Positions 1 to 11,872 of a DNA stretch of 64,000 nt are shown one piece after another. The stretch comes from a virus (taxonomy: Duplodnaviria; Caudoviricetes). The notes beneath the pieces are model-generated. The model saw nothing but the letters and a program-made list of their open reading frames with translations. It did not search any database and was not told the DNA's origin. The position numbers and the translations under genes are program-made. The first letter of the stretch is position 1, and every line of letters starts with the position of its first letter. Location of the stretch: IMG/VR virus record IMGVR_UViG_3300044973_000253, positions 51,922 to 115,921 of that record, one strand, 5' to 3'.

Positions 1-3000
1 CTTATGGCTTCTGGATCTGTGTTTTTGAGATGTTTCCAGCCTTCATTCCCAAGTATTGTGGAATATGTAATATCCTTAATAAGAAAATAATGGGAATATA
101 CAGTGTCATCCTGCTTAAACACATCAAAAGTATTATCATTAACACTGTCATATAGGGTTATATCACAATTATAATTTCCACTTGCATCATATAAAGAATC
201 GCTGTTTATATTAAATGGAACCTTGACTTTGTCTCCGTTGACATAATCATATTTAAACAAAAACAATCTTATCTGATATCCGTTATTATAATCATCAAGC
301 TGTATTTCTCTTGTAAATGCCTCCTCTTTGGAATAATTGTCAATACAATAGTACATTGGATCACTTACATAGGTTGTACCGCTATATACGACATCCCCAA
401 CTTTAATGGTATTATCAGCTTGAACATACAAATTGATATATGAACAGTCGTATGATTTTTTCTCTCCGTTAATTGTCAATATCCATTTATCTGTATATAT
501 ATCAAACATAATTCCATTCAAAATGACATAAGAATCCTTTAAATTTGATACTTCTACAATCTGTCCGTCAATCAGCGTATTCGCATTGATATTAACCAAA
601 TCTGGAAGAAATCCTACTGCCAAAAAGTTTCTTACCGTTTCCGAATATAAACCTTTCATCTTTCCGTCTGTTCCCTCGTACGGCAAAACAATTTCATTGT
701 TTCTTCCATATACAAAAGGATAAATAGGCATCCATCCTCCGTTCATCTGGAAATAAGTTTCTCCATCATACGTCTTTGAAGAATCAAAATAAGGATATAA
801 ATCATTATGGTCCTCTTTGTTCAGATTATAATCAGAATCGTAAGCGTCTGTGGTTATATTTCCGCTTGCATCCTTATAATATGTATATGCCGTTACTGGC
901 AATCCGTAATATTCGGATTCTGATGAATTTTCGCTTGTTATAAGTTTTGTCTGATTATACCATGCGATTTTTCCCATTCCCAACAAATCAGAATAGGCAT
1001 CCTGTATTTTGGGAACGATACATGTATATTCCTTTATGTCATAATCATAAAATCCCCAACTTGCTTGCTGCTTTTGTGTCAATCCATAATACCACTTCTT
1101 ACTCTTTAATCCAAACAATCCCAATAGATTGCATACAGATTCAACCGTTCCTTTCCCATTGAGCAGATATCTTGAATTAAGTCGCAGATTTTTCAGAAAC
1201 GAATAATCTATATTTGCAGATGTATAGGTTTTGGAATCGGAATATGGCTTGATAACGTTATACAATGATATTTCATTATGAACATACGCACTCAACTCTT
1301 CTATTCTTCCTATCACTCCATCCGTTGTGGCTGAATCTGCAAAGAATGTGGCACTATATGATGTTCCGTCAAGTGTAACCTGTCCATTGCACAAATACAT
1401 TTTTATTCCGTCATAATCAATGTATGGTGTTCTTTCTGTATATTGGGATAATCCGCTTGAAGGAATTTTCTTACAACATTTAGTGTAGAAATAACCATCT
1501 TCATAATCTTTATTTAATGTTTTGGTATATGGAGTGAATTCATAATCTCCATCATCTGCAAATTCTCGTATTATAGGCACCGATGTGGCAGTGACACCTG
1601 TCATATCAGATATCGTGAAACAAGATTCTTTTTCATAATATGTACTATCAACATCTTCTGTATAAGAGGATGTTTGTATTGATATATCTTTATTTTCAGC
1701 AGATACGACATATTTGTCATACGGACCCAATATAGGAATATCCCTGTATGTTGTTGCTGTATAACTGTTTTCTGTAAACAGATTTTTCTTCTGTTCTTCT
1801 GTCAGTCTGTATACAGGCTGATCCAGAGCAACATCTGCAGAATATTCTGGAATTGACGTTCCATCCCATGTCGTTCCAGATATATAAAAATTGAAATTTG
1901 AAGGTTTAACAGTCGCAGAATTGATATAGAAATATCCCATATCTATAAGAGTCCTTGTTTTGGCAGTAGACTGTAAATTAGATAAATGATCTTTATCCAA
2001 AATAGGAAGATCGTCTATATGTTCCTTTTCTGCAATTAAATGTATGAAATTTCCTGATATTCCGTTTAAGAATACGACTTCATTCAATGCTGATTGATTG
2101 TCATATTTTAATCTATAAGGGGATCCATAAGCTACTTCACTATAAGTCTTTGATACAAATATATTTCTGGCGGAAACTGAATACCATGCAGAAGCTATTA
2201 ACTTATATCTTTTGTATTTAGAATATTTCCACGATGACTCTAATACGTTAGATGTACTAATATTATCACCTTTATATTGAGATGAAGAAGTCTCTCCATT
2301 CTGAGAGTTAACTTCTGTTTCTTTAACATACTTCCATTCTCCTGTTCCTAAATCATATTTATCCATAATAATATTAGGATTAGATCCAGTCATCAAATAT
2401 ACATTATTGACATATATTCCATTCTGTGTTAAATAATATCTATTGCGAGAAGTGGTATTTATTAAAGTTCCAAAATCAATGTTAGTACCTATCCAACAGT
2501 TTGGTCTACCTTGGGAATTGTAATTTAAAGAAGAATCTATATTAACCAATACCTTATTGTCCTGTTGGGAACTATATATAACAATTATATCATAAGTTGA
2601 ACACAATGCGCTAATATTCACATAATCGGTATAAGAAATTTGAACATTTGTTGCATTTTTAGTATATGATGTGATATTAAATATATTTTTGATTATAGAT
2701 TCTGTTATATCTGATTTTGACACCGAAGTGGCAGCATCTTTAAACATCCAATAACATAAATTTTTAGGATATTCATTTATAATAGAAAAATCAGAGCCTC
2801 CAAGTGGAAGAATATAATTATGATTCATTTCGTCATAATCAAAATAAAATCCGCTCCAATATGAATCAGAAAATCCGCTAATGTACTTCCAAATATTAAC
2901 ATCTCTTGATAATATTAATGTGTTTATATTATCTCCTTCTGTGTTGATTTGATTAGGAACAACATATTCTGAATTTTGCTGAGAATCAGATATTAAGGTA

Positions 3001-5879
3001 TAACTTATATATAATTTAAAATTAATTGTTTTAAAATTAGACAAATCATAAGTTCCTCCTGATTCCTTATACGCATACAATATGTCATTAAGAGTAGAAA
3101 TATCTTTGACGTACAAAGCATCATTATTAGTCAATCCTGTTCCCGTATATAAAGGAGCACCATCATTATCAAATATATTATTATTGCTGTCAATCTTATC
3201 CTTACCATACCACGTATCATCCGTGGAATAGTTATAATTTGATTCAGAAGTAGCATTGGCAACACCAGTAAAAGCATACGCATAATCAGAACCAAGTTCT
3301 ATTGTATCATGTTCCACCTTGGTAGCTCCCGTTGAGGAACAAGTCCAAGCCGTATCATAAATTTCAAAATATTTTTCAGCAGCAAAAGTGTTGTTGGTGG
3401 CATCAAAAGATACGATATGTCCGCTATTTGCCTGATCTAATCCAAGATTGTCGTCAAGTCTATCACGTCCAAGAGAAAATCTTACATAATGTACCTTGTC
3501 CTTATATTCCGTTTTAACACCCTTGTAATATAATGATATGGTATCAATATCAGCATTTCTTGTAACCTGATAGGAATTTCCATCGCTAAGTCTGTAAAAT
3601 CCCATATTATAATTATCTATGGTCGGATCTGGATAATATCCTATATATATCAATGTTTTATTATCAGTAGGATCAACAAAGTATTCTCCCTTTTCGTCTT
3701 TACCCAATGGCAGAGAAGTCCAACCTGTCGTTTGAACATAGTTAGACGTATCTGAAGTTATTGTGGCAACAACAGTTTCAGAAGTCAACGCAGGCAAAGT
3801 GGGAAATATGTGTTTGTCAACACTTCTATCTATTGTAAAACTCAAAGAAGTCCCTGTAGCCTTGGTATCCGAAGATACGACATAAGAAGAAGCGTCATAT
3901 TTCAATTCGTAATTATAATATGGAATATCTTTCTCAAAAGAAACAGGAATGGATGTTTGTGAATCTGAAATAGTGGTTGAGGAATATAATATACTGTTAG
4001 TAGCCATATTAAAATAAGGATAAGTCACAACATTATCCTTGCCTACAAAGTAATTGCTATTGTCTATGCTTATATATTTTTCTTCCAGAGTAACAGAAGA
4101 TGTGATTGTATATCCATCGTTTTCCTTTGTAAATGTCTTTCCGTCAATCACAGCCTTTCCGTCCGTTGTAATAACAATAGTTCCGTTAAAGTTTATATAA
4201 GTATGATTTTCACAACAAGGAGTGGCTATATTGTTTTTTTCATCAACATCATAACAAAGATTGCCAAACGTATTCGTAAATTCTCCTGTTTTGGAATCTA
4301 TATTCCTTGCATATTGGACTCCGTTTATTTCTATGAATTCAGAAAGTGTTTTGGTATACGGCAGATAAAGGTCCCATCCGTCATTTTCAAGAGAATCGGA
4401 AATAAAATAATCAGGCATATTTGTTCCCTCTTCCTGATATGATAATGAATTTATGGTTGAAATATTATCTATATAATATTTTATTTCATCAAATTCTCTT
4501 CCCCACAACCTTATCACCTTGCTGATATCATCCATTGGAGTCTGATAGTCATCATCACTATTAGAAGCATTATAGAAATGGGCATAAGTCCAATCCATAT
4601 TCTTTATAGCCTCGTGTGTCATGCTTCTGTAAATGTTGTCACAATACAGATTGTCATAATCAAGAGCTATATCAGCAAGACTTTTAGCATAAGTAAGATA
4701 AGCCTGAGACGTGATATCTATATTGTACCCTCCATCACCGATAGGGAACACAAAAGACCGCATTTGTCTGGAGATAATATGTGTACGTTCCTCTTTTACT
4801 ATTTCAAAAACAGATTTATATAAAGGCACCGTGTCTGTTCTAAACAACAGTTTTTCAAACCTGTCAAGGCCATCAATAAAACTTTCATATTTGGCATAAT
4901 TTGGTCTTATATGATATTTCAAAAAGTCAGAAGATACCAGCAAAACGATATTGCTATCATTGCTCATAAAAGCATGGATTTCCATTGTTTTTCCATCGGA
5001 TGTCATTAAAACGACCTGCGCACATTCATCTCCTGGATTAAAACACTTTTTTTTCTTTTTCTTTTCACCGTTTATTTCAACATAATCAGCATTTTGTGCC
5101 CATGCTAAAGAGTCTCCATTATAAATTGCATATTGATTGTCCTTATCATTAAGATAATAATATCTTTGATTGGAAGTCCATGCGGATATAGGATGAGTCG
5201 CCCCAGTTTCATCTATGATATCATAATTAAGATATTCTCCGTTTGAGAAATATCTTGGTCTGTCATTATCTGATACCTCATTATAAACAACATTATTTAT
5301 AATATTGATATCAAATGGATTGGAAACAACATATTTATATGTAGCATCTCCCAAATCATTATATTCGGCATTATCCAATCCTCCCTTTACATAATACTTG
5401 TCTATAATTCCCGTCTCAATCATTTTACCAGAAGCATCCAAACCCTGCATGGTTGAAACATACATTTCGGCAGGAAACTTATTGGATATATCTGACAATG
5501 AAGATCTTATCAATTCAGCACATGATCCAAAATAAGAAAAGTCCTTCAATGAATAATAGTTGAATTTGAAATCAATAGTAGCATCATTGCTGTTTTTATC
5601 ATCAGGATAATTATCAAGAACCTCACTCGTCCAAACAGAACCGCTATAAGTGTTCTTGCTCCATTTGATAGGAGTAAAAGAGCGTGAAGTGCTTCGATTA
5701 TATCTTGTGGTAAGCATAAAGTTTCCATCTCTAAAAATAGGAGTTTGTCCCTTGACATTAGAAAACTCACTAATTCCATTAACGGTCAATTGCTCTTTCT
5801 CATATATCGTTCCATCCTTGGTTGACTGGTGTCTATTATTAAGAAAAAAACTACTATGACTTTTTATATATTTGCTCAT
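1..5879 (-). CDS. Very large baseplate wedge-like structural protein (T4 gp7/P2 gpI-like motifs), >1950 aa, runs off the left edge
   Basis: ATG at 5879 (MSKYIKSHSSFFLNNRHQSTKDGTIYE). The frame is still open at the window edge (..STILGNEGWKHLKNTDPEAI) and is absent from the ORF track, consistent with no in-window stop. Contains LWGREFDEIKYYIDNI..PDYFISDSLENDGW and FLKNLRLNSRYLLNGKGTVESVCNLLGLFG. Confidence 0.7.
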   Translation of the reverse strand, partial: MSKYIKSHSSFFLNNRHQSTKDGTIYEKEQLTVNGISEFSNVKGQTPIFRDGNFMLTTRYNRSTSRSFTPIKWSKNTYSGSVWTSEVLDNYPDDKNSNDATIDFKFNYYSLKDFSYFGSCAELIRSSLSDISNKFPAEMYVSTMQGLDASGKMIETGIIDKYYVKGGLDNAEYNDLGDATYKYVVSNPFDINIINNVVYNEVSDNDRPRYFSNGEYLNYDIIDETGATHPISAWTSNQRYYYLNDKDNQYAIYNGDSLAWAQNADYVEINGEKKKKKKCFNPGDECAQVVLMTSDGKTMEIHAFMSNDSNIVLLVSSDFLKYHIRPNYAKYESFIDGLDRFEKLLFRTDTVPLYKSVFEIVKEERTHIISRQMRSFVFPIGDGGYNIDITSQAYLTYAKSLADIALDYDNLYCDNIYRSMTHEAIKNMDWTYAHFYNASNSDDDYQTPMDDISKVIRLWGREFDEIKYYIDNISTINSLSYQEEGTNMPDYFISDSLENDGWDLYLPYTKTLSEFIEINGVQYARNIDSKTGEFTNTFGNLCYDVDEKNNIATPCCENHTYINFNGTIVITTDGKAVIDGKTFTKENDGYTITSSVTLEEKYISIDNSNYFVGKDNVVTYPYFNMATNSILYSSTTISDSQTSIPVSFEKDIPYYNYELKYDASSYVVSSDTKATGTSLSFTIDRSVDKHIFPTLPALTSETVVATITSDTSNYVQTTGWTSLPLGKDEKGEYFVDPTDNKTLIYIGYYPDPTIDNYNMGFYRLSDGNSYQVTRNADIDTISLYYKGVKTEYKDKVHYVRFSLGRDRLDDNLGLDQANSGHIVSFDATNNTFAAEKYFEIYDTAWTCSSTGATKVEHDTIELGSDYAYAFTGVANATSESNYNYSTDDTWYGKDKIDSNNNIFDNDGAPLYTGTGLTNNDALYVKDISTLNDILYAYKESGGTYDLSNFKTINFKLYISYTLISDSQQNSEYVVPNQINTEGDNINTLILSRDVNIWKYISGFSDSYWSGFYFDYDEMNHNYILPLGGSDFSIINEYPKNLCYWMFKDAATSVSKSDITESIIKNIFNITSYTKNATNVQISYTDYVNISALCSTYDIIVIYSSQQDNKVLVNIDSSLNYNSQGRPNCWIGTNIDFGTLINTTSRNRYYLTQNGIYVNNVYLMTGSNPNIIMDKYDLGTGEWKYVKETEVNSQNGETSSSQYKGDNISTSNVLESSWKYSKYKRYKLIASAWYSVSARNIFVSKTYSEVAYGSPYRLKYDNQSALNEVVFLNGISGNFIHLIAEKEHIDDLPILDKDHLSNLQSTAKTRTLIDMGYFYINSATVKPSNFNFYISGTTWDGTSIPEYSADVALDQPVYRLTEEQKKNLFTENSYTATTYRDIPILGPYDKYVVSAENKDISIQTSSYTEDVDSTYYEKESCFTISDMTGVTATSVPIIREFADDGDYEFTPYTKTLNKDYEDGYFYTKCCKKIPSSGLSQYTERTPYIDYDGIKMYLCNGQVTLDGTSYSATFFADSATTDGVIGRIEELSAYVHNEISLYNVIKPYSDSKTYTSANIDYSFLKNLRLNSRYLLNGKGTVESVCNLLGLFGLKSKKWYYGLTQKQQASWGFYDYDIKEYTCIVPKIQDAYSDLLGMGKIAWYNQTKLITSENSSESEYYGLPVTAYTYYKDASGNITTDAYDSDYNLNKEDHNDLYPYFDSSKTYDGETYFQMNGGWMPIYPFVYGRNNEIVLPYEGTDGKMKGLYSETVRNFLAVGFLPDLVNINANTLIDGQIVEVSNLKDSYVILNGIMFDIYTDKWILTINGEKKSYDCSYINLYVQADNTIKVGDVVYSGTTYVSDPMYYCIDNYSKEEAFTREIQLDDYNNGYQIRLFLFKYDYVNGDKVKVPFNINSDSLYDASGNYNCDITLYDSVNDNTFDVFKQDDTVYSHYFLIKDITYSTILGNEGWKHLKNTDPEAI

Positions 5880-5885
5880 TTTATA

Positions 5886-6794
5886 TTATTCGTTTAAAAC
5901 ATTCAATGATTGTGTATAATCAACACTTTCCGTTTTCTTTACCTTTGCCTCGTACACTGGTTCTCCAGTATATTTGTTCTTTATGGAAGTATTCTCCGAC
6001 TGGTGATAAATTTCATTATCATCATTGAAAGTGGTAACCAAACCCTTATCCCAATCTCTAAGCTGACTGCCCTCCAACATGGTGGATATCGTATCCGCAT
6101 CATGATTTACCATTTCAACATCCAGACATATAGGAGTGAACTTGGTATTCGTTATGATTATCGACTGAGATACATTTCCTATAAATGGCAGCAAATCAGA
6201 CTTGAAAGAGGGAGCGATAGATGGAGTAAGAGTAATAAATACCAAATTGGAATTATCGTTATATCTATATCTTACCGCCTTTTGGTTCGTTCCACCCATA
6301 TTCTGTATTACAGGCTCACACTTATTGCATGATGTGACTATTCTAAAATAATTGGTTTTATTATTTGCCGAATCAAGATATTCTATTCTATACCCCACCA
6401 ATTCGTTGTTTGTTTTAAGCAGCTGTCTGGTTGTCGAATCCGTGACCGTATTGGTATCAATAATAATACCTTTTATATCGGGATAAACCGCAAGAACTCC
6501 TATATCTGTTATGACTGTCTTTATTTCCTTTGGCTTGATATAAATGGTATAAAAACCCTTTTTGCCAAATGTATCTGTTGGCAATTTAAGATTATACATT
6601 CCGCTCAACACATTATCTGGATAACCATCCGTATCCTCATGTACCGACTGTATCAATATGTTTGAATCAAGCTTTTTAAAATCATATTCTGCAGAAGAAG
6701 ATGCACTGCGTGTCTCTGAATATTTATACCAAATATCCACATCATCACTGCTAACATTAGCAGGTATCACTTGACCATAAACGCCTTCACTCAT
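5886..6794 (-). CDS. Putative virion structural protein (baseplate/tail region), 302 aa
   Basis: Long ORF tightly packed in the structural operon; no family recognised. Confidence 0.6.
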   Translation of the reverse strand: MSEGVYGQVIPANVSSDDVDIWYKYSETRSASSSAEYDFKKLDSNILIQSVHEDTDGYPDNVLSGMYNLKLPTDTFGKKGFYTIYIKPKEIKTVITDIGVLAVYPDIKGIIIDTNTVTDSTTRQLLKTNNELVGYRIEYLDSANNKTNYFRIVTSCNKCEPVIQNMGGTNQKAVRYRYNDNSNLVFITLTPSIAPSFKSDLLPFIGNVSQSIIITNTKFTPICLDVEMVNHDADTISTMLEGSQLRDWDKGLVTTFNDDNEIYHQSENTSIKNKYTGEPVYEAKVKKTESVDYTQSLNVLNE

Positions 6795-6824
6795 ATTATT
6801 TATGCTTAATTAAAAAATAAAAAT

Positions 6825-9140
6825 TTATTGGGAAATATTAAGATATCCGTTGCCATATTGTTCCAAATCTTCCAAACTTCTCACTTCTTGCAAGATAAGA
6901 TTTCTGTCAATTGAATGTTGATTTCCTCTACTTATATAAATATCTGAATTATATTTTTTATGAAAGGAATTTAATATCATATCCTCTTTTCTTAGCAAAG
7001 GTATTCCAACAAAACCATTGTATGAATTTTCCTTGCTGTTACTCGGTTTTACTACAAAATAAGCCGTTTGCTCATTTGCTGTCAAACCATTAGATTCTAC
7101 ATTCTGAATATTATCGAATGCCGTATTGTAAAAATACAACATGACACTTGTCCCGTCATTGGTTACAAAAAATACTTCATCCCTATGAACATATCCCGTT
7201 TCGACATAATCAACACCTACTGGATATTTGTGGTCCTCGTACTTTTCATAATAGTTTATAATCGTATTTGCTGAATTATAAGTGTTTTTAATAAGAGTAC
7301 CTATGGAATAAGAAATACTGAAATATATTTTTCCATCACTAATTACATTTTCAGCAATACAAGATACAAAATTCTTGTCTGTAACTTCCAATCCATAGTT
7401 GTTCTTTATCTCATTCTCGCATTGATGTATGGCAACCAGATTTCCATCAGAATTTCCCTCGAACAAACTTGTATCTCCAGATACCAACGGAATTTCATTT
7501 CCATCCATATCTCTTAGGAAAAATCTGATAGAAGTCAATATATCTCCCCAATAAAGAGTTTCTTTTATATCTCCACTAACAGACAAATCTTTTTCCTTTT
7601 CAAGTTCATAAACGTTGCCTGCATGATAAAGCAAATCCATTTCCTCTTTTTCTTTTGGTACTGGGAATGAAATGGTACTGGAAGACAGATAGGCAGACAA
7701 CGGCAACTGGCCTGGCATTTTGTTTCCAACGGAATCCGTAGTGATAACCTTGTCCATAAGAGTAGAAAGTTTGGAAGTGGTATATCCAGATACCGTTCCT
7801 GTATAACTGATAAATTCAGGTCCAGTCAATCTTTGCATAAACACATTTTTGGTATATGCGCTCTTGATACTTAAATCCAAAGAGTTAATCCATTGATCTT
7901 TTGAATTATCACTATATTCAGAATAATATCCATATCCAGACAATGAATTATGCCACGAATTAGGATCCAGATTACCCCATAATTTCTCATGATAATAAGA
8001 GGAATAATTAAATCCAGAATTTGAAGCACCACTTAAAACATAAGCATCCTCATCATAAACAGCCATAGTTCCACCACTATACAATTCCGAATGATAATTT
8101 TCATCAGCAGACCATGTTTCAATCGCAGGACTCATCTCTCCCAAATCCTCTATTTTTCTATGAATGAATATGGGTAATGATATATTGCTTGTAATACAGC
8201 AAGAAGAAACAGAATCTGGAGCCGACTGAGATTCCAGCCATATATACATATCCTTTCCTCCATGTTCAAAATAATATTTGCAATCACAACAGTCATCGAA
8301 AGATGCGCAATCAGACCATACCATACCGCTATACAAAGGATATCGTGTTTCGTACCATGTCTTAAACATTCTTAATTGTGGATAATACAGCCATTTAGGT
8401 ATATTCTCATAAGTCTTTAAAACATGACTTTCTCCCAAATCAACCATATACAATCCTATACAATTTTTCTCCATCCACTTCATGAACGTATGCCCTCCCC
8501 GTGAAACAAGAATATTGTCCTGTTCGACAGCGTCATTTTCAGAAAACAACGGAATGGCACCATTGGCCTTGTCGTGATTATAATGCTCCAATGCCGTATC
8601 ATATACTTTTTCTCCAACTGAATGATTATCAGACAAATAAGCAGAAATATAGTTCAAGTACCATATATGCCATTTGTGTATTTCATTATAAGACAAGAAC
8701 TTACGTTCAAAATCTCCTGATAAATCCTCCTTGTCATAATTACTGTGTTCAAAGATTCCATATCTTGTATGGTCAACATTTCCACTTGCATCAAGAACAT
8801 TTACACTCTTGACATAAAAGCATTTATCATATTTATGTGTTTCGGAAAACAGATATGACTGCTCCTCAATGTACCATTGGGAATAGTTATCCATGGGATA
8901 AAACTCATCGTCATACTTATTGTCGGATACTGGTATGTTTATTTCCGTACAGGTATAGTCTGAAATGGATTCAGAATAAGCGGATGGTATTTCAACCACA
9001 GAAGGTATCATTCCGAAATCCCCGTTAAATCCGTCATAAAAAGTACATATCAATGCGGAATTAGACGGAGGTATATTTGCAGGAAGTCTGGATAACATAC
9101 TCTCTGTTCCAACTATTTTATGTATATGTTCTGTTTCCAT
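6825..9140 (-). CDS. Putative virion structural protein, 771 aa
   Basis: Long Tyr/Ser-rich ORF with a Cys cluster (CASFDDCCDCKY), co-oriented with baseplate genes. Confidence 0.55.
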   Translation of the reverse strand: METEHIHKIVGTESMLSRLPANIPPSNSALICTFYDGFNGDFGMIPSVVEIPSAYSESISDYTCTEINIPVSDNKYDDEFYPMDNYSQWYIEEQSYLFSETHKYDKCFYVKSVNVLDASGNVDHTRYGIFEHSNYDKEDLSGDFERKFLSYNEIHKWHIWYLNYISAYLSDNHSVGEKVYDTALEHYNHDKANGAIPLFSENDAVEQDNILVSRGGHTFMKWMEKNCIGLYMVDLGESHVLKTYENIPKWLYYPQLRMFKTWYETRYPLYSGMVWSDCASFDDCCDCKYYFEHGGKDMYIWLESQSAPDSVSSCCITSNISLPIFIHRKIEDLGEMSPAIETWSADENYHSELYSGGTMAVYDEDAYVLSGASNSGFNYSSYYHEKLWGNLDPNSWHNSLSGYGYYSEYSDNSKDQWINSLDLSIKSAYTKNVFMQRLTGPEFISYTGTVSGYTTSKLSTLMDKVITTDSVGNKMPGQLPLSAYLSSSTISFPVPKEKEEMDLLYHAGNVYELEKEKDLSVSGDIKETLYWGDILTSIRFFLRDMDGNEIPLVSGDTSLFEGNSDGNLVAIHQCENEIKNNYGLEVTDKNFVSCIAENVISDGKIYFSISYSIGTLIKNTYNSANTIINYYEKYEDHKYPVGVDYVETGYVHRDEVFFVTNDGTSVMLYFYNTAFDNIQNVESNGLTANEQTAYFVVKPSNSKENSYNGFVGIPLLRKEDMILNSFHKKYNSDIYISRGNQHSIDRNLILQEVRSLEDLEQYGNGYLNISQ

Positions 9141-9145
9141 TTCTT

Positions 9146-11872
9146 TTATTTTTTAAATTTTGGTTCAAATAAATTTATATCTATTTCATCACTAACATTA
9201 TCCACATTCTGATTTTTGAAATAATAACAATATTTCTTAAATGTATCATCATATACAATAGACAAAGGAATATATCTGTAATTCATGAAATCAGAAATAG
9301 GGAAACCGTCAATATAATGGTAGATATCTGATGCTGTTTCTGCCTGCATATTTGTCTCTACATCGGCAGCGTTAATCTTTTTTAATGATACCATTGGAAT
9401 AATCTTTCCTGTACCAGCATGGTTAAAATCGGCTTTCATATAAATGTTTTGAGGATGATATGAAGAAGACAGATTTTTGAATATGTATATATAAAATCCC
9501 TCCGAACTTTTATCCGTTCCATTCTTGTTATCAACGGACAGAACCGAACTCAAACGCTTGGACTCATCAAATACTATTCCTCCTGTTGATACGTATTCAG
9601 AACCTACATTTATGTTATATAGCCATTCAGATTTATCAGGGATATCATATACGGGACTTGCAAAAGACACAAATCCGTTTTCTCTTGTAGAAGAATCATC
9701 TGTGACAAAATTGTTCACATTCTTAATATAATTGGAATATATCTTGTTCTCATCCAAAAATATAGTAGATGTCCACAATAACGATTGAGTATTGCTGTCC
9801 ATACTGTCATAAAATGACAATCTTAAAAACGACTGACTTATTTTCTTTTTCTTATAAAAAACATCATTATCAGAAAAATTAAGATAATACAATAAATCAG
9901 AATGTCTTGCGATGTCGTTTGCATACTTCTGCCTGTCCGAATTGCTCGTAGATATAGTTTTTTTCTGCGAATCATAAGTGTATTTGTTAAAATAATAATC
10001 AAGACAATTCCATGACGACATGGTTTTCGTAGGAGTATTGTCATTATCCTCTATTACTGTCCAGTTGGTCATATCTCTTGTCCTGAAGTGCATATTGAAA
10101 TTTATCTTGTTAACCATGAACAATCGAGAAGGAACCTCTTCTGAATAAACATTGGCTGAAAGAGAAGTGTAATATGTCGGCATATAAATATCCCGTTCGA
10201 TATCAACCTCCTCGTTTATGGCATCATCCAGATAAGTGCCTCCTATCAGTTTGTTCCTGAATTCGGAATTCTGATTTGAATCCGTTGCAAAAGATATCGG
10301 AATATCTATATTCAAATATCTTTTTGATGGAATTAAAATAAGATTATTATATATATCTTCCGAATGCACATTTTCGACTCCTACTCCTGGAATATAAATG
10401 CCCCATATTCCATTCATAAGTTTAAAAGAGACGGAGTTAAAATCATTAATCAAATCATTACACACATTTCTGGCATACCACTTATACTTATCATCATCCT
10501 CGTCTATATTAATGGCAAAAGGAATGGCTTTTATCCATCCTGCCGTATTGATATCAACTATATCAAGATAAGACCTTATACCTTGTTGTATTTCAATATA
10601 ATAACCATTATCATAAGATTTATAATCTCCGTTTGAATCCAAAGTCTTTCCTGTTTCATGAATGGCATAATGATTAAATCCTTCCAATGTAACCCCGCTA
10701 TAAGTATTGCCAGATATTTTCTCAACAGCCATATATAAATCATCATTCTTATTTTCAAAGACTTTTCTGTACATTGATACATATCCGCTACTGTCTGTAA
10801 CCACATATCCACTGCTATCCACTTCAGCAGATATTGTTATTGCAGAATAATCCGTCAAATAACCTATCTTATACGAATTCTGTTCAGAAACAAACGTGAC
10901 ATCAAATTCAGAATCGTTTATCAGTGCGGTTATTCTAAGATCACGTGACAGATATGACTTATTTCCACAATATTCTATATACAAACCATTATCATCTGTT
11001 TCAACATATTTTTTATCTACAGTCTGATTGCTCGATGTGGCAAAAATCTTATCACCAATAGAGGCATAAGTTAAATCATAATTGTTTGACACATAAAGAT
11101 ATACATAATTACCAGAATTACCAGTAACCTCCCTGCTGAAAATCGAGCAATCGCATTCTGTTCCGTTGATGAAAAATGAATAATAATTGGCAGATGGTCT
11201 TCCGTCATGAACATATACCGTAACAGCCGAACTGGAATCCTTGCTAACGTAATTGGCGTTGGCATAAACGATATTGGAATCATAAACAATATATGGAACA
11301 TCGGAATATTCCGTATAACCTATATCCGAATGAACGATTGAGCATCCGCTATAATGAACCATATAAGTATCATCGCCGAATGTAACCATTGGATATGTTT
11401 CCGCTCCACAAATTCCTGTAAAAGATATTGTTCTTGCAGAATTGTTGTTTATAACAACCTTTTTGATATTTTCCCATTCACTATCATCAAAATCGGAAAT
11501 AGAAACAATCTCTCCGTCAATGTTCGTATATGCAGATTCATATTTGCTGCCATCATCATTCTTTACATAATACGCAGGATAATACATGTCTCCTACTTTG
11601 ACCTCTCCATTTTCAATCCAATAAGTTGAACCAGAATAATTTATATATCCCATTCTCCTCACCGAATCAACTTTTATTTTGGAATTAAAATAAGATTCTC
11701 CTCCATCAAATGAAACCTCAACCACATCATTGTCAAACAAAGCGTATGATGCAGGACATATTCCGCTAACATAAGATAAGTCTTCCGCTATTACCACACT
11801 TCCACTATCAAGATGAATCTGATTATCCGCATATTGAATATCATTCTGTTGTCTTATTTTTAAATTATACAT
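9146..11872 (-). CDS. Putative virion structural protein, 908 aa
   Basis: Long ORF with beta-rich composition; its start overlaps the upstream gene's stop region. Confidence 0.55.
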   Translation of the reverse strand: MYNLKIRQQNDIQYADNQIHLDSGSVVIAEDLSYVSGICPASYALFDNDVVEVSFDGGESYFNSKIKVDSVRRMGYINYSGSTYWIENGEVKVGDMYYPAYYVKNDDGSKYESAYTNIDGEIVSISDFDDSEWENIKKVVINNNSARTISFTGICGAETYPMVTFGDDTYMVHYSGCSIVHSDIGYTEYSDVPYIVYDSNIVYANANYVSKDSSSAVTVYVHDGRPSANYYSFFINGTECDCSIFSREVTGNSGNYVYLYVSNNYDLTYASIGDKIFATSSNQTVDKKYVETDDNGLYIEYCGNKSYLSRDLRITALINDSEFDVTFVSEQNSYKIGYLTDYSAITISAEVDSSGYVVTDSSGYVSMYRKVFENKNDDLYMAVEKISGNTYSGVTLEGFNHYAIHETGKTLDSNGDYKSYDNGYYIEIQQGIRSYLDIVDINTAGWIKAIPFAINIDEDDDKYKWYARNVCNDLINDFNSVSFKLMNGIWGIYIPGVGVENVHSEDIYNNLILIPSKRYLNIDIPISFATDSNQNSEFRNKLIGGTYLDDAINEEVDIERDIYMPTYYTSLSANVYSEEVPSRLFMVNKINFNMHFRTRDMTNWTVIEDNDNTPTKTMSSWNCLDYYFNKYTYDSQKKTISTSNSDRQKYANDIARHSDLLYYLNFSDNDVFYKKKKISQSFLRLSFYDSMDSNTQSLLWTSTIFLDENKIYSNYIKNVNNFVTDDSSTRENGFVSFASPVYDIPDKSEWLYNINVGSEYVSTGGIVFDESKRLSSVLSVDNKNGTDKSSEGFYIYIFKNLSSSYHPQNIYMKADFNHAGTGKIIPMVSLKKINAADVETNMQAETASDIYHYIDGFPISDFMNYRYIPLSIVYDDTFKKYCYYFKNQNVDNVSDEIDINLFEPKFKK

